In this document: one piece after another, positions 1 through 12,990 of the stretch | Layout: the number at the start of each line of letters is the position of its first letter | Position numbering within the stretch: position 1 is the stretch's first letter | Source: Callorhinchus milii | Taxonomy: Eukaryota | Assembly (NCBI RefSeq): GCF_018977255.1 | Contig: NW_024704743.1 | Location: 44,456,001-44,520,000, forward strand | Reading direction: 5' to 3' | DNA length: 64,000 bases | The notes under the pieces: generated by a model | Told to the model about the DNA's origin: nothing | The model's database searches: none | Seen by the model: the letters and a program-made list of their open reading frames with translations, nothing else | Translations under genes and position numbers: made by a program

Positions 1-214
1 ACGATATGCAAGTAATTATACTTTTTATTTTAATATAAACAGAATTGAAATCATTTGCAATCTTGCTGTACATTTGATTGAGACTTTTAGTCTTGTCATT
101 TCGTCATGCTGTCTGTCCTCAATTACAGTCCACTGTACTGTGCTTAATTGACAGCTGAGTTTTCAGCTGTTTTAGCTTCTTCTCGTATTACTGTCAGTTT
201 TCCAGAGTTCTCCC

Positions 215-540
215 TGTTCCCTCTTGTCCTGAGGATAATGACTGCTGGGTTACAATTCCAGGGTACTTGCAGGTTTCTAGTACTTTGCCCATGTTATCTT
301 AGATAGTAAAATCCTGAGAGTCAGAGCCAAACCCAATACTGTTCTTGCCTAATGTACTATCTATCCAATGTGTTACTTGATAGCAATGTCAGGAGCAGCC
401 ATAGCTGATTGATTTATTTGATATATTTAATCCTTCTGAGCCTGAGAACACTGAGGTCAATTGTAGTCCTCCCATGTCCAAGATCATGTAACCTGTCATA
501 GACCAAAGATTAATCTGGGAATCTAGTCTGTATGGCTTTA
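215..540 (-). mobile_element. LF-SINE-like element, degenerate, near full length
   Basis: Colinear motifs matching the reverse complement of the recalled LF-SINE consensus: tcagagccaaacccaatactgttct, gatagcaatgtcaggagc, ctgaggtcaattgtag, catagaccaaagattaatctggg. Confidence 0.6.
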
Positions 541-1723
541 AAGTCATTGTGGGAGCAATATGAAAATATTTCATAACCAGAACAGGTTAGAAAATATGTA
601 AATTTTAAGCCTTTGTATAAAAGAGCATGGTTATATGAAATCTTTTTTGAAGCATTCAAAAGAATGTTTCCTGTAGTGGTGATTATGAGCATCAGTCCTG
701 ACATTAAGACGCTTCTGAAAATGGTATTGTACTGCTGCCTTTGTAAAATTCCATCATTAGTGGAGGATTTCCAGCCAAGGCCACTTCGAAGTGGTGATCT
801 TGCAGCAATAAAGAGGTTTGCTGACTGCACTGTAACTTGCTACTCGGCAACTGCAAACCTCTTTGTATTGCATTAGTGCAAGTTACAAAAGTGCACTCTC
901 TATATTTAGATATATTGGTAGATTGTGAACCGAGCCACCCGGTAATGTGTCTGTTCAGACTGTGGCCGCAGCACATTGTTCAGGGGTGATGAATGGGCAC
1001 CTGTATGTAACTTTGCTTCTATCTAAGAATTTATAGGTTATTCCTCCCCACCCCACCCACACACGTACACACACACTCATATAAAAAGAACACTGGCATG
1101 AGCATCCAATATAACCAGCCCCATCTTGAATGCTGCACTTGCCTTATGTAATACTGGCATCGTAAATATTGTGACGAGCACCAATCATTAGCAGTGATTC
1201 ATGCAGTGCGTACAGAATAAACTCTGACCAGGAGTGGGTCCAAGGAAGTAGTGGAATTGGCTTTTTGTTGCAGATTCCCACTGCTGCAAGACCAAAGCAG
1301 GTTAATGAAAAGCCCAAAGATTGCCAGACCTCTGACGGTTTACGTCATGTATACAATCTACTGTTTTTGTTCTGTGCTCATGGTTTGCAGTTCAATGTTT
1401 TGTATTTCCTGTTGTGAGTGAATACTGTCGAACAGATAATTGGGTGTAACAGTGCCGTGACTTGGGTAAATTAGGTGGAGATTAGGGGTTTAAGACAGGG
1501 TGGTTAAATGAGGTGATGGATTTTGATAGGAATTGAAACTGTGTAATGCAGTCCTCCCTTGTACTGGCAAGCACTGTTCTGTTGCATTTTTGTGATAAAC
1601 ACATTTCTGCCTCCCTTCTGTCACACTTCTGCTACCAATTGCAGCATGTTACTACAAAATATTCTAGTGTTGGCCTCAGTTATGGTAATAGAATTTATGG
1701 CTGAATCAGTGAAGTAATGAAAT

Positions 1724-2088
1724 AGTCCTACAGCTTAGTGGTTAGAGCACTCGTCTCGCAAGCGAGAGGACCTGGGTTTGATTCCCGGCAGGGCGAAATG
1801 TTGGGCAAGCTTCCTTACTCCACACGCCTCTGTTTACCTAGCGGTAAGTAGCAACCCGGTTGTTAGTCGATTGGTGGATCACATTTCTAGGGGTAATAAT
1901 TCCTTCAAAATAAATAAAAATAATTTGGTCATTCAACCCACGACTGTGGGACACTGCTAAATGCATTTGGTTGCTACATTTCACCCACAAAATATAGTAA
2001 ATTCACTTTACAGTATATTCTGTGAATCGCTTTGAGACATTTTGAAGAAGTGATAAAGGGTTGCTATATCAGATGCAAGGATTATAAT
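1724..2088 (+). mobile_element. tRNA-Ala-derived SINE with CORE-like and Deu-like body and L2-type tail
   Basis: A box cagcttagtggttaga, anticodon arm ctcgt-ctCGCaa-gcgag, B box ggtttgattccc. Body shared with copies at 5991, 21633 and 55951. Tail gctatatcagatgcaaggatt. Confidence 0.88.
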
Positions 2089-2499
2089 GCATGCCTGTGC
2101 CCTCTTGGTTGACCGATGGATGACGTAAGAATGATGACAAAATGAGATAAATAAATTGGGAGGAATCCCATTCTATTGAATGTTGTAAGTGAGGGTGGTA
2201 CTGTAGAGACAATGTCCTGTAGCCTTGAGGTCTAGGTGTGGTTTACTTGTTGTTATAGACAGCAATATGTGAGATGTCTGCTATTGCCTTATTTTTTGCA
2301 GTCTTTGCTATACCACACTAGTTTCATATGACGGTTTACAGCAAAATTCGTCTGCAAATACTACTGTGGAGGGGCTTCCATGATTCAATACAGGTTTGAC
2401 TGAAATGACATTTTTGCATTTGACAATGATTCTGTGTAGTCTTAAGTTGGATTTCATTGAAACTATTTAAATCTGGAATATTTAACTTGGCCTTTTCCT

Positions 2500-2672
2500 C
2501 CATGCTTCAAGGTCCATCTCAAATCTTCCTCTTTGATTGCACTTTCACCATCTTTAGCCTTTCACTCCTGCACCCCCTTAGCCCCCACCCCCAGCTTGGG
2601 TGCAAATTTTAGACTATCGAGTGCCTTGGGATGTTCACCTGATGTGAAAGGCGCTATCTAAACAAAAGTTTG
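2500..2672 (+). mobile_element. L2 LINE 3' end fragment
   Basis: Tail gtgccttgggatgttcacctgatgtgaaaggcgctat is shared with the longer L2 copies. Confidence 0.75.
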
Positions 2673-3466
2673 TATTTTATATCCTATGAAGCAAGCACTT
2701 TGAGGAGTCCTCCTGACTTGAAAGACACTATATCAAAAGGAAGGATTATTACTTATTATACAATCCAAATTTACATTTATATACCACCTTTCACTTCAGG
2801 GGGACGTCCCAAAGTGCTTGACACTGCTGGCTGTGGTAGAGAGCCGAGGGGAATATTTATCATTAAACAGATTTGTCTGGAAAGAAACTGTTCATTCAGT
2901 GTGATACTTGGATCTTTGCGAAGCATGTTTGTTTGCAACGAGAGGTGCTGACTTTCATATGCATACAGTAAAAATTTTTGCAAGGCCCAAAACGACTTCT
3001 TTGTAATCAGGGTCCAGAGATGTTTTCCCTTCAAACTCGTGTGATTAGATCTTACTTGTGTGAATTCTTGCTTTGAATCACCTATAAAAAAGATTTAATG
3101 CCATATTTTGTGTAAAAGTTAAATAGCAACCTAATAACTGTTTCAGGCTGCCATAGAACATGACTCCATCTACCCAATTTCCCCCAAGATCCCTTCAACA
3201 CATATTCATTTCATACCTAATAACAGCAAATCCATTTAAATTCCAGGAACATATCCAGTTCTTTTTGACTCGAGTACTAGAAATTCTGGCCTAACACAAT
3301 GTGTCCTGTCATGTGCGGGCGACTTATTAATCTTGCGGAGCTTCAGTCAAATACAATGAGCAGAATGTGTCTGAGACAGAAATGAACAGGAATATTGCCA
3401 AATCTTGACATTGTTTAAATACGAGAATAATTGATCTCCCAAAAGCAAATATGTGTAAAATGCTCA

Positions 3467-3513
3467 GTGTTGATGACCTGACAAACACAGATTATTTGTC
3501 AGGTCATCAACAC
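3467..3513. repeat. Perfect 19-bp inverted repeat with 9-nt spacer
   Basis: GTGTTGATGACCTGACAAA (3467-3485) and TTTGTCAGGTCATCAACAC (3495-3513). Confidence 0.95.
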
Positions 3514-3977
3514 GGAAGCACAGGAGCAGCACATTTGACCACACAGCTGAGCCCGTTATTCTGGTCCATTTCATTAATATAAATTACAAACAAAAAAAAA
3601 TGGCAAGTTCAGCTGCTCAATTTGATAATTGTAAATTATATATTAACAGATATAAGCAGTTTTAACAGATATTTCATTCGATTTTGCTTTTTTAATTATT
3701 TTGTAGTGCACAGAAATTAACATGAGTAATTTCTGTAATATTATTTCTGTTTCTTTGCCAGTTTTTTCCAGCCTCCTCTGAAGTTGTTTTGCATTTTCTT
3801 CCCTTAATTTCCTGAAAGGATATTGTTTCATTAGCATGTTAATAATGATAATTATTGTCCTGGTAATCAATAAAGTGCTTATACTGCACTTCATAAGATT
3901 TACTGTGCAGTGTCTGTGTATTTATCAATGAACATGGCTATCAATTTGATCGCATCAATGTCCCATAAACAGCCAAG

Positions 3978-4740
3978 AACAACAGCAAAGTTACATTTAT
4001 ATAGCACCTTTCATATCCTAAGAGCTGGACAGTTCTTATACCTGAGCTGAGGGTGGGAGCAGAGGGTGTGGGAGGGGGGAAGATGACTGAAGGTGTGGTC
4101 AAAGAGGAGGTTTTTGAGGTGGACCTTGAAGGAGGCGAGGGAAGGGGTGAGGCAAAGGGACTTGGATTCAGTTCTAGAGAGCGGGAGCAGAAGCACTGCA
4201 AGCCCGACTGCTGATGGAGATGTGAAGCAGGCCAGTGCCCACTGAGCAAAGGGAGCGGGTGAGTTTGTACAGTTTGAGAAGGTCACAGAGGGAGGGTGGT
4301 GCAAGACTATTGAGGGATTTAAAGGTTAGGACGAGGATCTTGAACTCTTATCGGCTGGGAGATGGGGAGCCAGGGAGATACGCGGGTGATAGGCTCGTAG
4401 AACCCAGGGCTGGAAAGGACAAGGGCTACAGAGTTCTGGATAGTCTGCAGCCCTTCAGCGGTAATAGTCAGCCCGTCTGCTGAGCAGAGATGGATGTGAA
4501 TTAGGGTCTCGGTAACCCTCGAGGGGAGAAGTAGTGGCCGAGGCAGGTAATGTTACAGAGGTTTGGGAAAGCTGAGTGAGGTTTAGAGGACTGTTGGGAT
4601 TCGAACCAAGACACAGAGGTTCCGCAATGGCTCCGCGAGGTGGAGTGTGTGTCCATGTCGATTGATGCTGTCAGAGCCTGAGGTGAGAAGGTGCTGACAG
4701 GAGCCAAGCAGACCCAGACAGACCACTGCGTTTCAGTGAT
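3978..4740 (-). mobile_element. L2 LINE fragment (ORF2 C-terminus and 3' tail)
   Basis: (CAA)n-like tail at the left end; minus-strand peptide PSLASFKVHLKNLLF resembles the L2 ORF2 C-terminus; colinear with 42564-43792. Confidence 0.85.
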
Positions 4741-5989
4741 GTGTGGAAAAAATCACAAGAAGCACTTCTGATGACGCTTGCTTCACAAAAGTGCCTTTTG
4801 TGACACAGAGTAACTGTGCTTCCTACACACACTGCACATGCTACAACATAGAGGAAGTGATGTACGTGACGATTGACTACACAGAGGGCGGCTATTTTTT
4901 CAGCACGGGAGTACAGCTGATCAGTGCCAGAAGCCCTGACTCAGATCAGCACAGAGCAGGGATCAAGCCTGGGACAACATGGGGATTAAATCAAAGAATA
5001 TTCAGGGCAATTTGTGTGTTTCAACTGCTCTGAATATTCTTTAATATAATTCCCATGTTATGAATAATAGTGGCAGCTCCCAAGTGCTCTAGCAGCATGA
5101 TCACCGCGTGGCCACCAATGAAAGCGCTCACAACGTAAGCAGCGTTCTCTCCAGGGACCCATCTGTATTTCATAAAGTCATGAGATTTGGGGGCTCCGAT
5201 GAGATTTCAGGAGACCCTAATGCATGAGTGCAATGTTTTCATTTCCCATACCCGATACCGTTGTGGCCTTTTTGAGTGAGATTGTGAGTCACGCGCATTA
5301 AAACCTGTATTGAGACTCCTCCTGACTAACTTCAGATTAGGCTCTTTCAACCGTGGAGCAACCTTTGTGCTGTCAATCTGAGTTGGATTCAAGACATGTT
5401 TTCCTAGGTAAAAAGGCACCTTGTTAATACAATACAAATATGGGGAAATTAGCGTAAAAGCATTTCCTATCCCAAAAATAGAGAAAGAAATAATGAAACA
5501 TTGAAGAAATGTCTGGGCTTGCACGTGGGTGACGTATTTGAAATTGCATATCGTAAAAATCCTTACATTTCATACATTGCCTTATGTCAGAGAACTTCAC
5601 AGGATACACTGTAAACTGGTATGATTATGTTTTGTAGGTGAATTTGTTGCCGTGTTACACAAACAGCCATGAAGTTAGTGACCAGGGAAATACCTTTTTT
5701 TAATAGTGGATGCAGTGGGATCTTTACATCCATTTGGACAGTAAAAAGAAAATGTTCTTCTGATGTCCTGGTCAACAATGCCCCAAATAAATGTAGTTAT
5801 TCACTTTACGGCTGTTTGTGGGACATTGCTTTGTGCAAATTGGTTGCTGCTTCACCCACAAAACATTCAATTTGAAACGCTTTGAGACGTCCTCCTGACG
5901 TGAAAGGTGCTATACCAATGTAACGTAATAATTAATATTGTTATTATCTTCTAGTAAAGTTTGATCGAACATGCACAGCAAGCATGTAT

Positions 5990-5990
<1 letters not shown>

Positions 5991-6021
<31 letters not shown>

Positions 6022-6320
6022 CCTTGCATTTGATATAGCGCTTTTCACGTCGGGAGGACGTCCCAAAGCGCTTCACAGAACACACTGTAAAGTGAATTGA
6101 CTGTATATTTGTGGGCGAACGCGGCAGCCAATTGCGCACAGCAATGTCCCACAAACAGTCGTGGATTGAAAATGACCAATTTATTATTGTTTTGGTTTTG
6201 GAGGGATTATTATTAGGCGTGTGGAGTAAGGAAACTTGCCCAAGGTTTCGCCCTGCCGGGAATTGAACTCAGGTCTCTAGCTTGCAAAGCGAGTGCTCAA
6301 CCACTGAGCTACAGGACTCC
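5991..6320 (-). mobile_element. tRNA-Ala-derived SINE, internally deleted, with (TAA)10 tail
   Basis: Minus strand begins ggagtcctgtagctcagtggttgagcactcgctttgcaagc (TGC anticodon); B box gagttcaattccc; (TAA)10 at 5991-6020. Confidence 0.9.
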
Positions 6321-7799
6321 AACTTGCAGCATTTGAATATTTGGTGCTTCTCTTATTTGTAGATGTATTTTAAACCTTTGTCAGCATGGTCCCTATTTAC
6401 ATTCTCGTGCTCTTTAGCCACCTGGCGGACCAGGTGCCCGGTCTCTGTGATTACTTTTTTTTATTTTAGGTCTGGGCCTCTACAATCTGTCAATATCCAT
6501 AAAAATGGCAGTAATGCTGTAATTAAAATGGTTTAGCTGAGGTGTGCATTGTTGCTGTCAGGACAAGTAGATAGGAATGCAAATGCAACACAGATAGCCT
6601 GGGACTTGAATGATTTGAGAAATCCACTTGGGGTTCGGTCTGTATCATGTAGAGCTTTTGTCATTTTCAGTACAGTGAGAAAAAGATTGGTCATAGCGTT
6701 CATTTAGGGATCTGATGAAACTATTTACCAGGCTCTTTCTTTTGCTCCTGCGCATAGTTAAATACAATGCCATTAATCTTGTCAATCTTAATACTATATC
6801 TCATTTGAATTGATGTTATGGGTGGTTTTGAAGTTTTATATTAGTTTTGACAGTTTTGTTTTAGAGCTGACTTAAAATAGTTTTTTTTCTTTGTATTTTC
6901 TGCAGAGCAAAACCATTTCTTATCAGATGTATTGAATTCTTCAAAACAGATTCTGCTACCCAATATTCTGTTCCCTAAAAAAATATAAAGAAATACTATA
7001 TTTAGCTTGAAACAATCATATTTTCAATGAAGTAAAAATGTTTACCCTTTAAGGGTCTGACTTCTTTTCTCTAACGTTTTCTGCATCTCTGCCACTGTCA
7101 CTCTCATTCTATTTACATCTTTGCCAGTGTGTGCATCGGTCTCTGTCTGTATATATCATTTTCTCTCTGTATATATAACACTTTCTCTGAGTCTAAACCT
7201 ACATCATATAAAAGTATAAATACTTAGCCATTGTGCTCTATAAACAAATCCAGTGTTAATGCATGAAGCTGCATCCATGCACTCTGGTTATTGGGCCCAT
7301 GTATAATCACAGTGTGTGAGCAAATTAATAATCATAATAATCCTTGCATTTGGTATACCTCCTTTCATGCCAGGGGATGTTCCCAATGTGCATCACAGAA
7401 TTTACTGTGAATTGGAGTGCCTGTGTAAATGTGGACAAACTTCTCTTGTAATCTCATGTGCAACTTTGCATAGACGAACTGGAATTTTTGGTGGCATGTC
7501 CACTTTGACATAAGAGCCTGATGTGGCTAAGCAGACATGTAGATAGTTGTTGTGCAGATACGTCTCATTGTTTCTTTATTTGACCCCTCTCTGTTTTTTC
7601 TCTCTCTCACATTCTAACCCTACACTGTTCTCAGTAGTACAGTAAAACTCACATAATTCTTAACTTTATAATCGCTCAAGTCATACATGAACCTGCGTCC
7701 CATTCATTTTCCTATCAAAACCACTTAGATTTCTTTGCACCAATTGTATTTGATAAGCTAATCATCTCCTGACTCGTAACACACCCTATTTTTTAGGCC

Positions 7800-8060
7800 A
7801 TAACAATAGTGCCGTGAGATCTTTCATATAATGCAGTTTGCACTTTCATGTCAGGAAGATTGCCCAAAGCTATTGAACGTTTATAAGGACAGGCTGTTGG
7901 AATCTTGTTTGGGGTCTCATCTGAAATACGACACATTTGACAAAGTACAGCATTGTATTAGAGCACCGACCTAAACTATGAGCTCAAAGTCCCGAATTTG
8001 GGTCTTGAACCTAAAAGGGTCTGTTTCAGAGGCATAAATGCTGCCAAATGAGCCAAGCTA
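7800..8060 (-). mobile_element. Deu-type tRNA SINE fragment with an inserted L2-like tail
   Basis: gtctcatctgaaatacgacac and tcagaggcataaatgctgccaaatgagccaagct are the reverse complement of the head and body at 11612. Confidence 0.6.
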
Positions 8061-9449
8061 ACCCTAACCTGTTTTAAATAAAAATAAACACAGTTGTGCT
8101 AACATCACATATAAATCACGCATATGCATACAACTTTTTCTCCCAGACAGCATAGCCTGAGTTTACTTAATGTCCATTTTTCTGAAGCAGAAGTAAAGCA
8201 AGATAAACCTAGAAATGTAAGGCTCCATTGATTCTAAAGCAACTCTGATTTTGGAGATTTTTAAAAAAACTGTGCCTTATATTTCATGTGATGTAAAAGC
8301 TTCACTTGTCCTTGCTCAGTATGTTTTTATATGACATTACCAGTGTTTCTTTTAATAATACAATGCAGTGATACCTCTATTATATGCACTTGTAATTATT
8401 CATTGGGGGGAAGGTGGGTCAAAAGTTCACAGTATAAGTATCAATGAATAAAGCTTTTGCGTCCATTTGATCTCATCCAAAATACTCACCCTACCATCAT
8501 CTCATAAACGTAGAACCAATTATATCTTCCCTATTTGGGACCCATTGTGGATAAGCAATCAGCACAGATAGATAAATATAATGCAAAATAGAAATTGGCT
8601 ATAGAGATAACTTAAAAAAACTGTTCTCTCGGAATTGTAGAACCAGAATACGCAAGCCCTTTTCTCTCTGCCACTCTCTCTCTAACCCTTTTTATTCATC
8701 ACTCATTCTTTCTGAATATCTCTCTCATTTCTATATTTCCCCGACTCTCTCTCCCTTTCTATAACTTTCTCTTTCCCTTTCTATGTACATGCACAGGAAG
8801 TTCCTAGGACTTCAACAACAACAACTTGCATTTATACAGCGCCCTTCACGAAGGGCAGCTTCCTGGAGTGCTTTNAAAAAAAACTTGCATTATATTTCAT
8901 ATATAACTGTTCCGGACTTGCCATTCAACTACATTGTGAAGCCAATTCTCAAGTGCACAAGTGGATTTACTTTTTGCAGCTTTTAAGTCCACTTCTGTAT
9001 TGGAGCCTGGTGCAGATGTGCAGATACAGTGGAACCCTGTTCTAACACTCTTTGTTATAATTCAGGTTCATTGATAGCGCGATCGGGCTGTGCACCCTGA
9101 CATTTACTTACCAAAAACATCCAGCAGGCAGGAAGTGAATGATGGCAGCAATCTGCTGACCTATAAATCTGTCACTTCTTAGCATGGGAAACCCAGGTGT
9201 GCAATGAATGCAGAAATGCTGATCAGTAATTTCCTCCCCCCCCCACCCCCCGGTTATAACACTGTTTGGGATTTAGTGGATCCAAAATACCTTGATATAC
9301 CAGGGCCATACTTTATTCTAGTTGGTGTGTACTGTGAATCTATTGTACAGCATTAGGTGATTTCTCAAATGAGTTCAGTGTCACGGCCTTTACCATCCAT
9401 GTTTTCTGGTAACCTGTTCCGGCTATCAATCATCGTTTATAATGACAAA

Positions 9450-9964
9450 CAGTAAACCTCTGGTTTACCAGACTCCAGGTATCTGGAATTATAATAATAG
9501 TCCTTGCATTTGATATAGCGCCTTATCACATCTTCGTCAAGGCACTTCACTGTAAAATGAATGGACTATATATTTTGTGGGTGAAACACCAACAATCCTA
9601 GTCAGGCCAGGTTTGAAAAAAAATTCCACTGGCCCACAGGTAGACTCCCAACAGCCCAACTCTTCTAGCACGTGCCAACGCCATGCTGAGCAGCCCACAG
9701 CCTCTCACACTACTAAAATCTTCCGGGGCTGCATATGCTTTTTTTTCATCTCACGGCATTGAAATGACACTTAGTCGGAAATTCTGACTCTCCGGTTTAT
9801 CCGTATTTCCTTGTGAGTCTTGGTGTACCTGAAAGCATTGTTGCCTCCTCTATAACACTCAAAGTCCCCACTGAGGCATGCCTAGTTTATCTAATCATTT
9901 TTCAGAGTTCATCCCTGTAAATACTGGGGTGGTCTCCTTACAGCACATAATCAAGGTTTTACTG
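9450..9964. mobile_element. Possible Tigger/pogo-like non-autonomous DNA transposon containing a nested SINE 3' fragment (about 9491-9590, minus)
   Basis: Imperfect termini CAGTAAACCTC and AGGTTTTACTG-TA, similar to the terminal repeats of the 50611 MITE. Confidence 0.4.
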
Positions 9965-10544
9965 TACTGGACACCTTAATCCCTGTCAGTGAATACGCTT
10001 GACTTCATATTGGGTCGATAAAAGGCTTTGCTAATTGAAATTCAAAATTGATCTTGAACCATTCATCAGTGCTGTTTTTTAAAAAAAAACTCTTAGGCCT
10101 GTGGCAAAGCTTTGAAACCAGATTGTGGTTTACTATAATTTTAGTGTAATACAGTTCCCACGTGCACTAGCTGTCTTGCCAATTCTGCACCCAAAGTGGA
10201 TGTTTAGACAGTGAGGGTCAGCGAGTCATTTCTCATGGTTGTCGATGGGGATGGAGGGGCAAGCAACTTTGTAGCCAAACTCGATCCTGTAACCTCATCA
10301 CTTTCTACCACAGATTACTCAATAGTGATCCTTATTTATACACAAACACGCACAAGTCTTCAGATCCTGAAGGCAATTAACTGTATTGTTCTTAGGATGT
10401 ATTGTCATCCCGATTGAGATCATTGTTTTAAAACAGTGCCAGAACCTTCCTGGTCTGTAAAGCTTAATACAACAACAGAACACTTCATCATCATTGTTGT
10501 ATTAAGCTTTACATATATACATTTATATATACATGTATATAGGA

Positions 10545-10712
10545 GGTAATAATGATTTGGTCACTCAATCCACGACTGTTTGTGGGACACTGCTGTGCGC
10601 AATTGGCTGCCATGTTTCGCCCACAAAATATACTGTCAATTCAGTTTACAGTATATTCTGTGAAGCTCTTTGAGACGTCTAGAAGACGCTATATCAAATG
10701 TAAGGATCATTA
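10545..10712 (+). mobile_element. SINE 3' half (Deu-like block plus tail); similar fragments at about 16140, 20660, 33240, 38500, 39028 and 46760
   Basis: ctgtttgtgggacactgctgtgcgcaattggctgcc ... cgctatatcaaatgtaaggat. Confidence 0.85.
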
Positions 10713-11611
10713 TTACAGCGCCCTTTATGAAGGGCAGCGTCTCAGAGCGATTATACCATACTGTGTGTTGCTATAGATGTGAATTAAGATCAGTGATCGT
10801 TTATGCAAAGACTTTACGTTCACTTTATGAACAGAACGTTCTACAGATTTGACAAATCAACTGAAATCAACAGGATTCTCAAATAATTATCTTTCCTCTT
10901 GTTCTGATTACTTAGAAGGCTGTGCAGTACAAATGTGATTTTTCCAGAGCTTGAACAGTGAGATAGAAAGCTTTGTGTGAATGCAAATTAACTGTGGTGT
11001 ATTCCTAGACACGTACAGGATAGAAATGTGCCTTTATCAGGTACACATTCCAGTCTATATAGCTGGAACATCACTTATTTGTACCTGTTCCTGTTTTGAG
11101 CCTTTTCTATAAATTCTGCCTCGTTAAAGCTCTTGCGCTTTGCAATCTGTTGTTCATTCTCTACAGTTGTTCTCTAACAAATTCTCACTGCTGTTGTTTG
11201 TTTCTAGGAACACTCTAGAAATTTCCATGCACTATAGTTGCCTAAAGCAAATGCTTTGATTGACCGTTTGTGCAGTGTGAATGACCAAGGCAATTCACAT
11301 TTTTTTCAGCTGGAGAAGTTTATGAGCCATTGAGTGTCAGGGAGTGAAGAGGAATGAGAATGAACAAATGAGTGAAGTGGGGTCCTGAAATTACAATTAA
11401 AATTGGCAAAACTTGTTGTTTAACCTATTCAGGCAATTTCCTACATCTCATGTTATGACACTTACGATGCTATTTATGTTTAAACGCCTTTACGAAAATT
11501 TCAGTTTTTAAAAAAAAATAAAGCCTGCTTTTCGTTTTAAGAAAATGGTTGGGTTTCCCACTAGTATGATCTGTACTTGCCAGTTTTTCAATTGAATCTG
11601 TGGAATGAAAT

Positions 11612-12012
11612 GTCAGCCTGGCTCAGTTGGTAGTACTCTCAACTTTGAGTTAGAAAGTTATGGGGGTCGGTACCTCGAATATTCTAGGGTGACACTACAC
11701 TGCATTACTGGGAGTGTGTTTCATTGTTAGAGGTGCTGTCCTTCGGATGAGATGTTAAGTCAAGGTCCCTTCTGACTATACTGATGGATATTAAAGATCT
11801 CATAATACTATTTGAAAAGAAAAGGGAAACTTTCCTAAAGTCCTAGCAAATAATCTCCCAGGTGAAATCAGTGTTCACTTCATGCCTATTTGTGGGATAT
11901 TGCTCTGTGCAAATTGGCTGCCATATTCATGCACCAAATACACAGTCACTACACTTTACAGTAAATGGAGGGCTTTAAGATGTCCTCCTGATGTGAAAGA
12001 CCATATAAAATG
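11612..12012 (+). mobile_element. Deu-type tRNA SINE (SacSINE1/AmnSINE1-like body), near full length
   Basis: Head gtcagcctggctcagttggtag; Deu-like blocks gaggtgctgtccttcggatgagatgttaa and tgtgggatattgctctgtgcaaattggctgcc; L2-type tail. Confidence 0.8.
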
Positions 12013-12639
12013 TTCATATATTAATCCTTGCACTTGATATATAGTGCCTTATCATGTCGTTGAGGCATCTCATATCTCACAGGAATTACTGTAAAGTATA
12101 GTAACTGTATTTGTAGACAAATCCGGCAGCCAATTTGTGCACAGTGTTTTTTTTAATAATAATGTAATCATTTTGACTTTAAATGGAGAAGTGGATAGTA
12201 AAGCAGCAGTGTGGAGTAGATGTAGCTTTCAAATGCCCCTGTGCTCTTGTCTCTGTATTGTAGCTGGAACAACAGGAAGAAGCAGCCACTTTGCTGGCAT
12301 TTATAGGGAACCAGCTCTTTCATTTTCCCCTTTCTGTTAGAAAGTATATTCATTCATTTAAAAAACAATTGATAGAAATACTAATAACAGCTTCTCCGTC
12401 AGGGTCAGAAATCCATAAGTTTGTTAGTAAGAAGTATTCATTTTGATGATAATCATCATGATAATATTTCTTCCCCAGCCTTCAAAACCCAAATAAAAAT
12501 GTAGCTCTTTGACCTTAGCTTGGGTACAAACTACTAACTTCCCATTCCTTTCTCTTCTGCTCACCTTTGTTGAAGCGAGGCGATGATGGACTTCCTTAAG
12601 TCCAAAATTGTTAGGATCCACTCTGTTGCCTCTGCCATT

Positions 12640-12990
12640 CCTCTGTGTGATGGGAAGCCAGTGGAGTCAAGCAAGGATGGGGGTGATAGGGTCACAGAGC
12701 CTGGTGTGGGAGAGGACACGGGCTGCAGAGTTCTGGATGATCTGCAGCCTATGGAGGGAGGAGTTGGGGAGGCCGACAAGCAAGAAGTTTACATAGTCAA
12801 GCGTGGATGTTATGAATGTGTGTATGAGGGTTTCGGGGGCCTGCGGTGTGAGACAGTGGCAGAGTCAGGCAAGGTTGCGGAGGTGGGGGAAGGCAGAGCG
12901 GATCAAGGTACAGATGTGGGGTAGAAAGGATAGTTGAGGATCAAACAAGGTGCCAAGGGTCCGGACTGGTTTAGTGAGATGGAGTGTGCA
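12640..12990 (-). mobile_element. L2 LINE ORF2 fragment; a + strand L2 tail follows to about 13113
   Basis: Reverse complement of the sequence in the L2 copies at about 43100-43390 and 48250-48590. Confidence 0.85.

Noticed and set aside
1724..1797. Possible tRNA-Ala genes at SINE heads (also about 6250-6320 and 21633-21705)
   Set aside because: Each runs into a repeated SINE body and lacks a proper acceptor stem.
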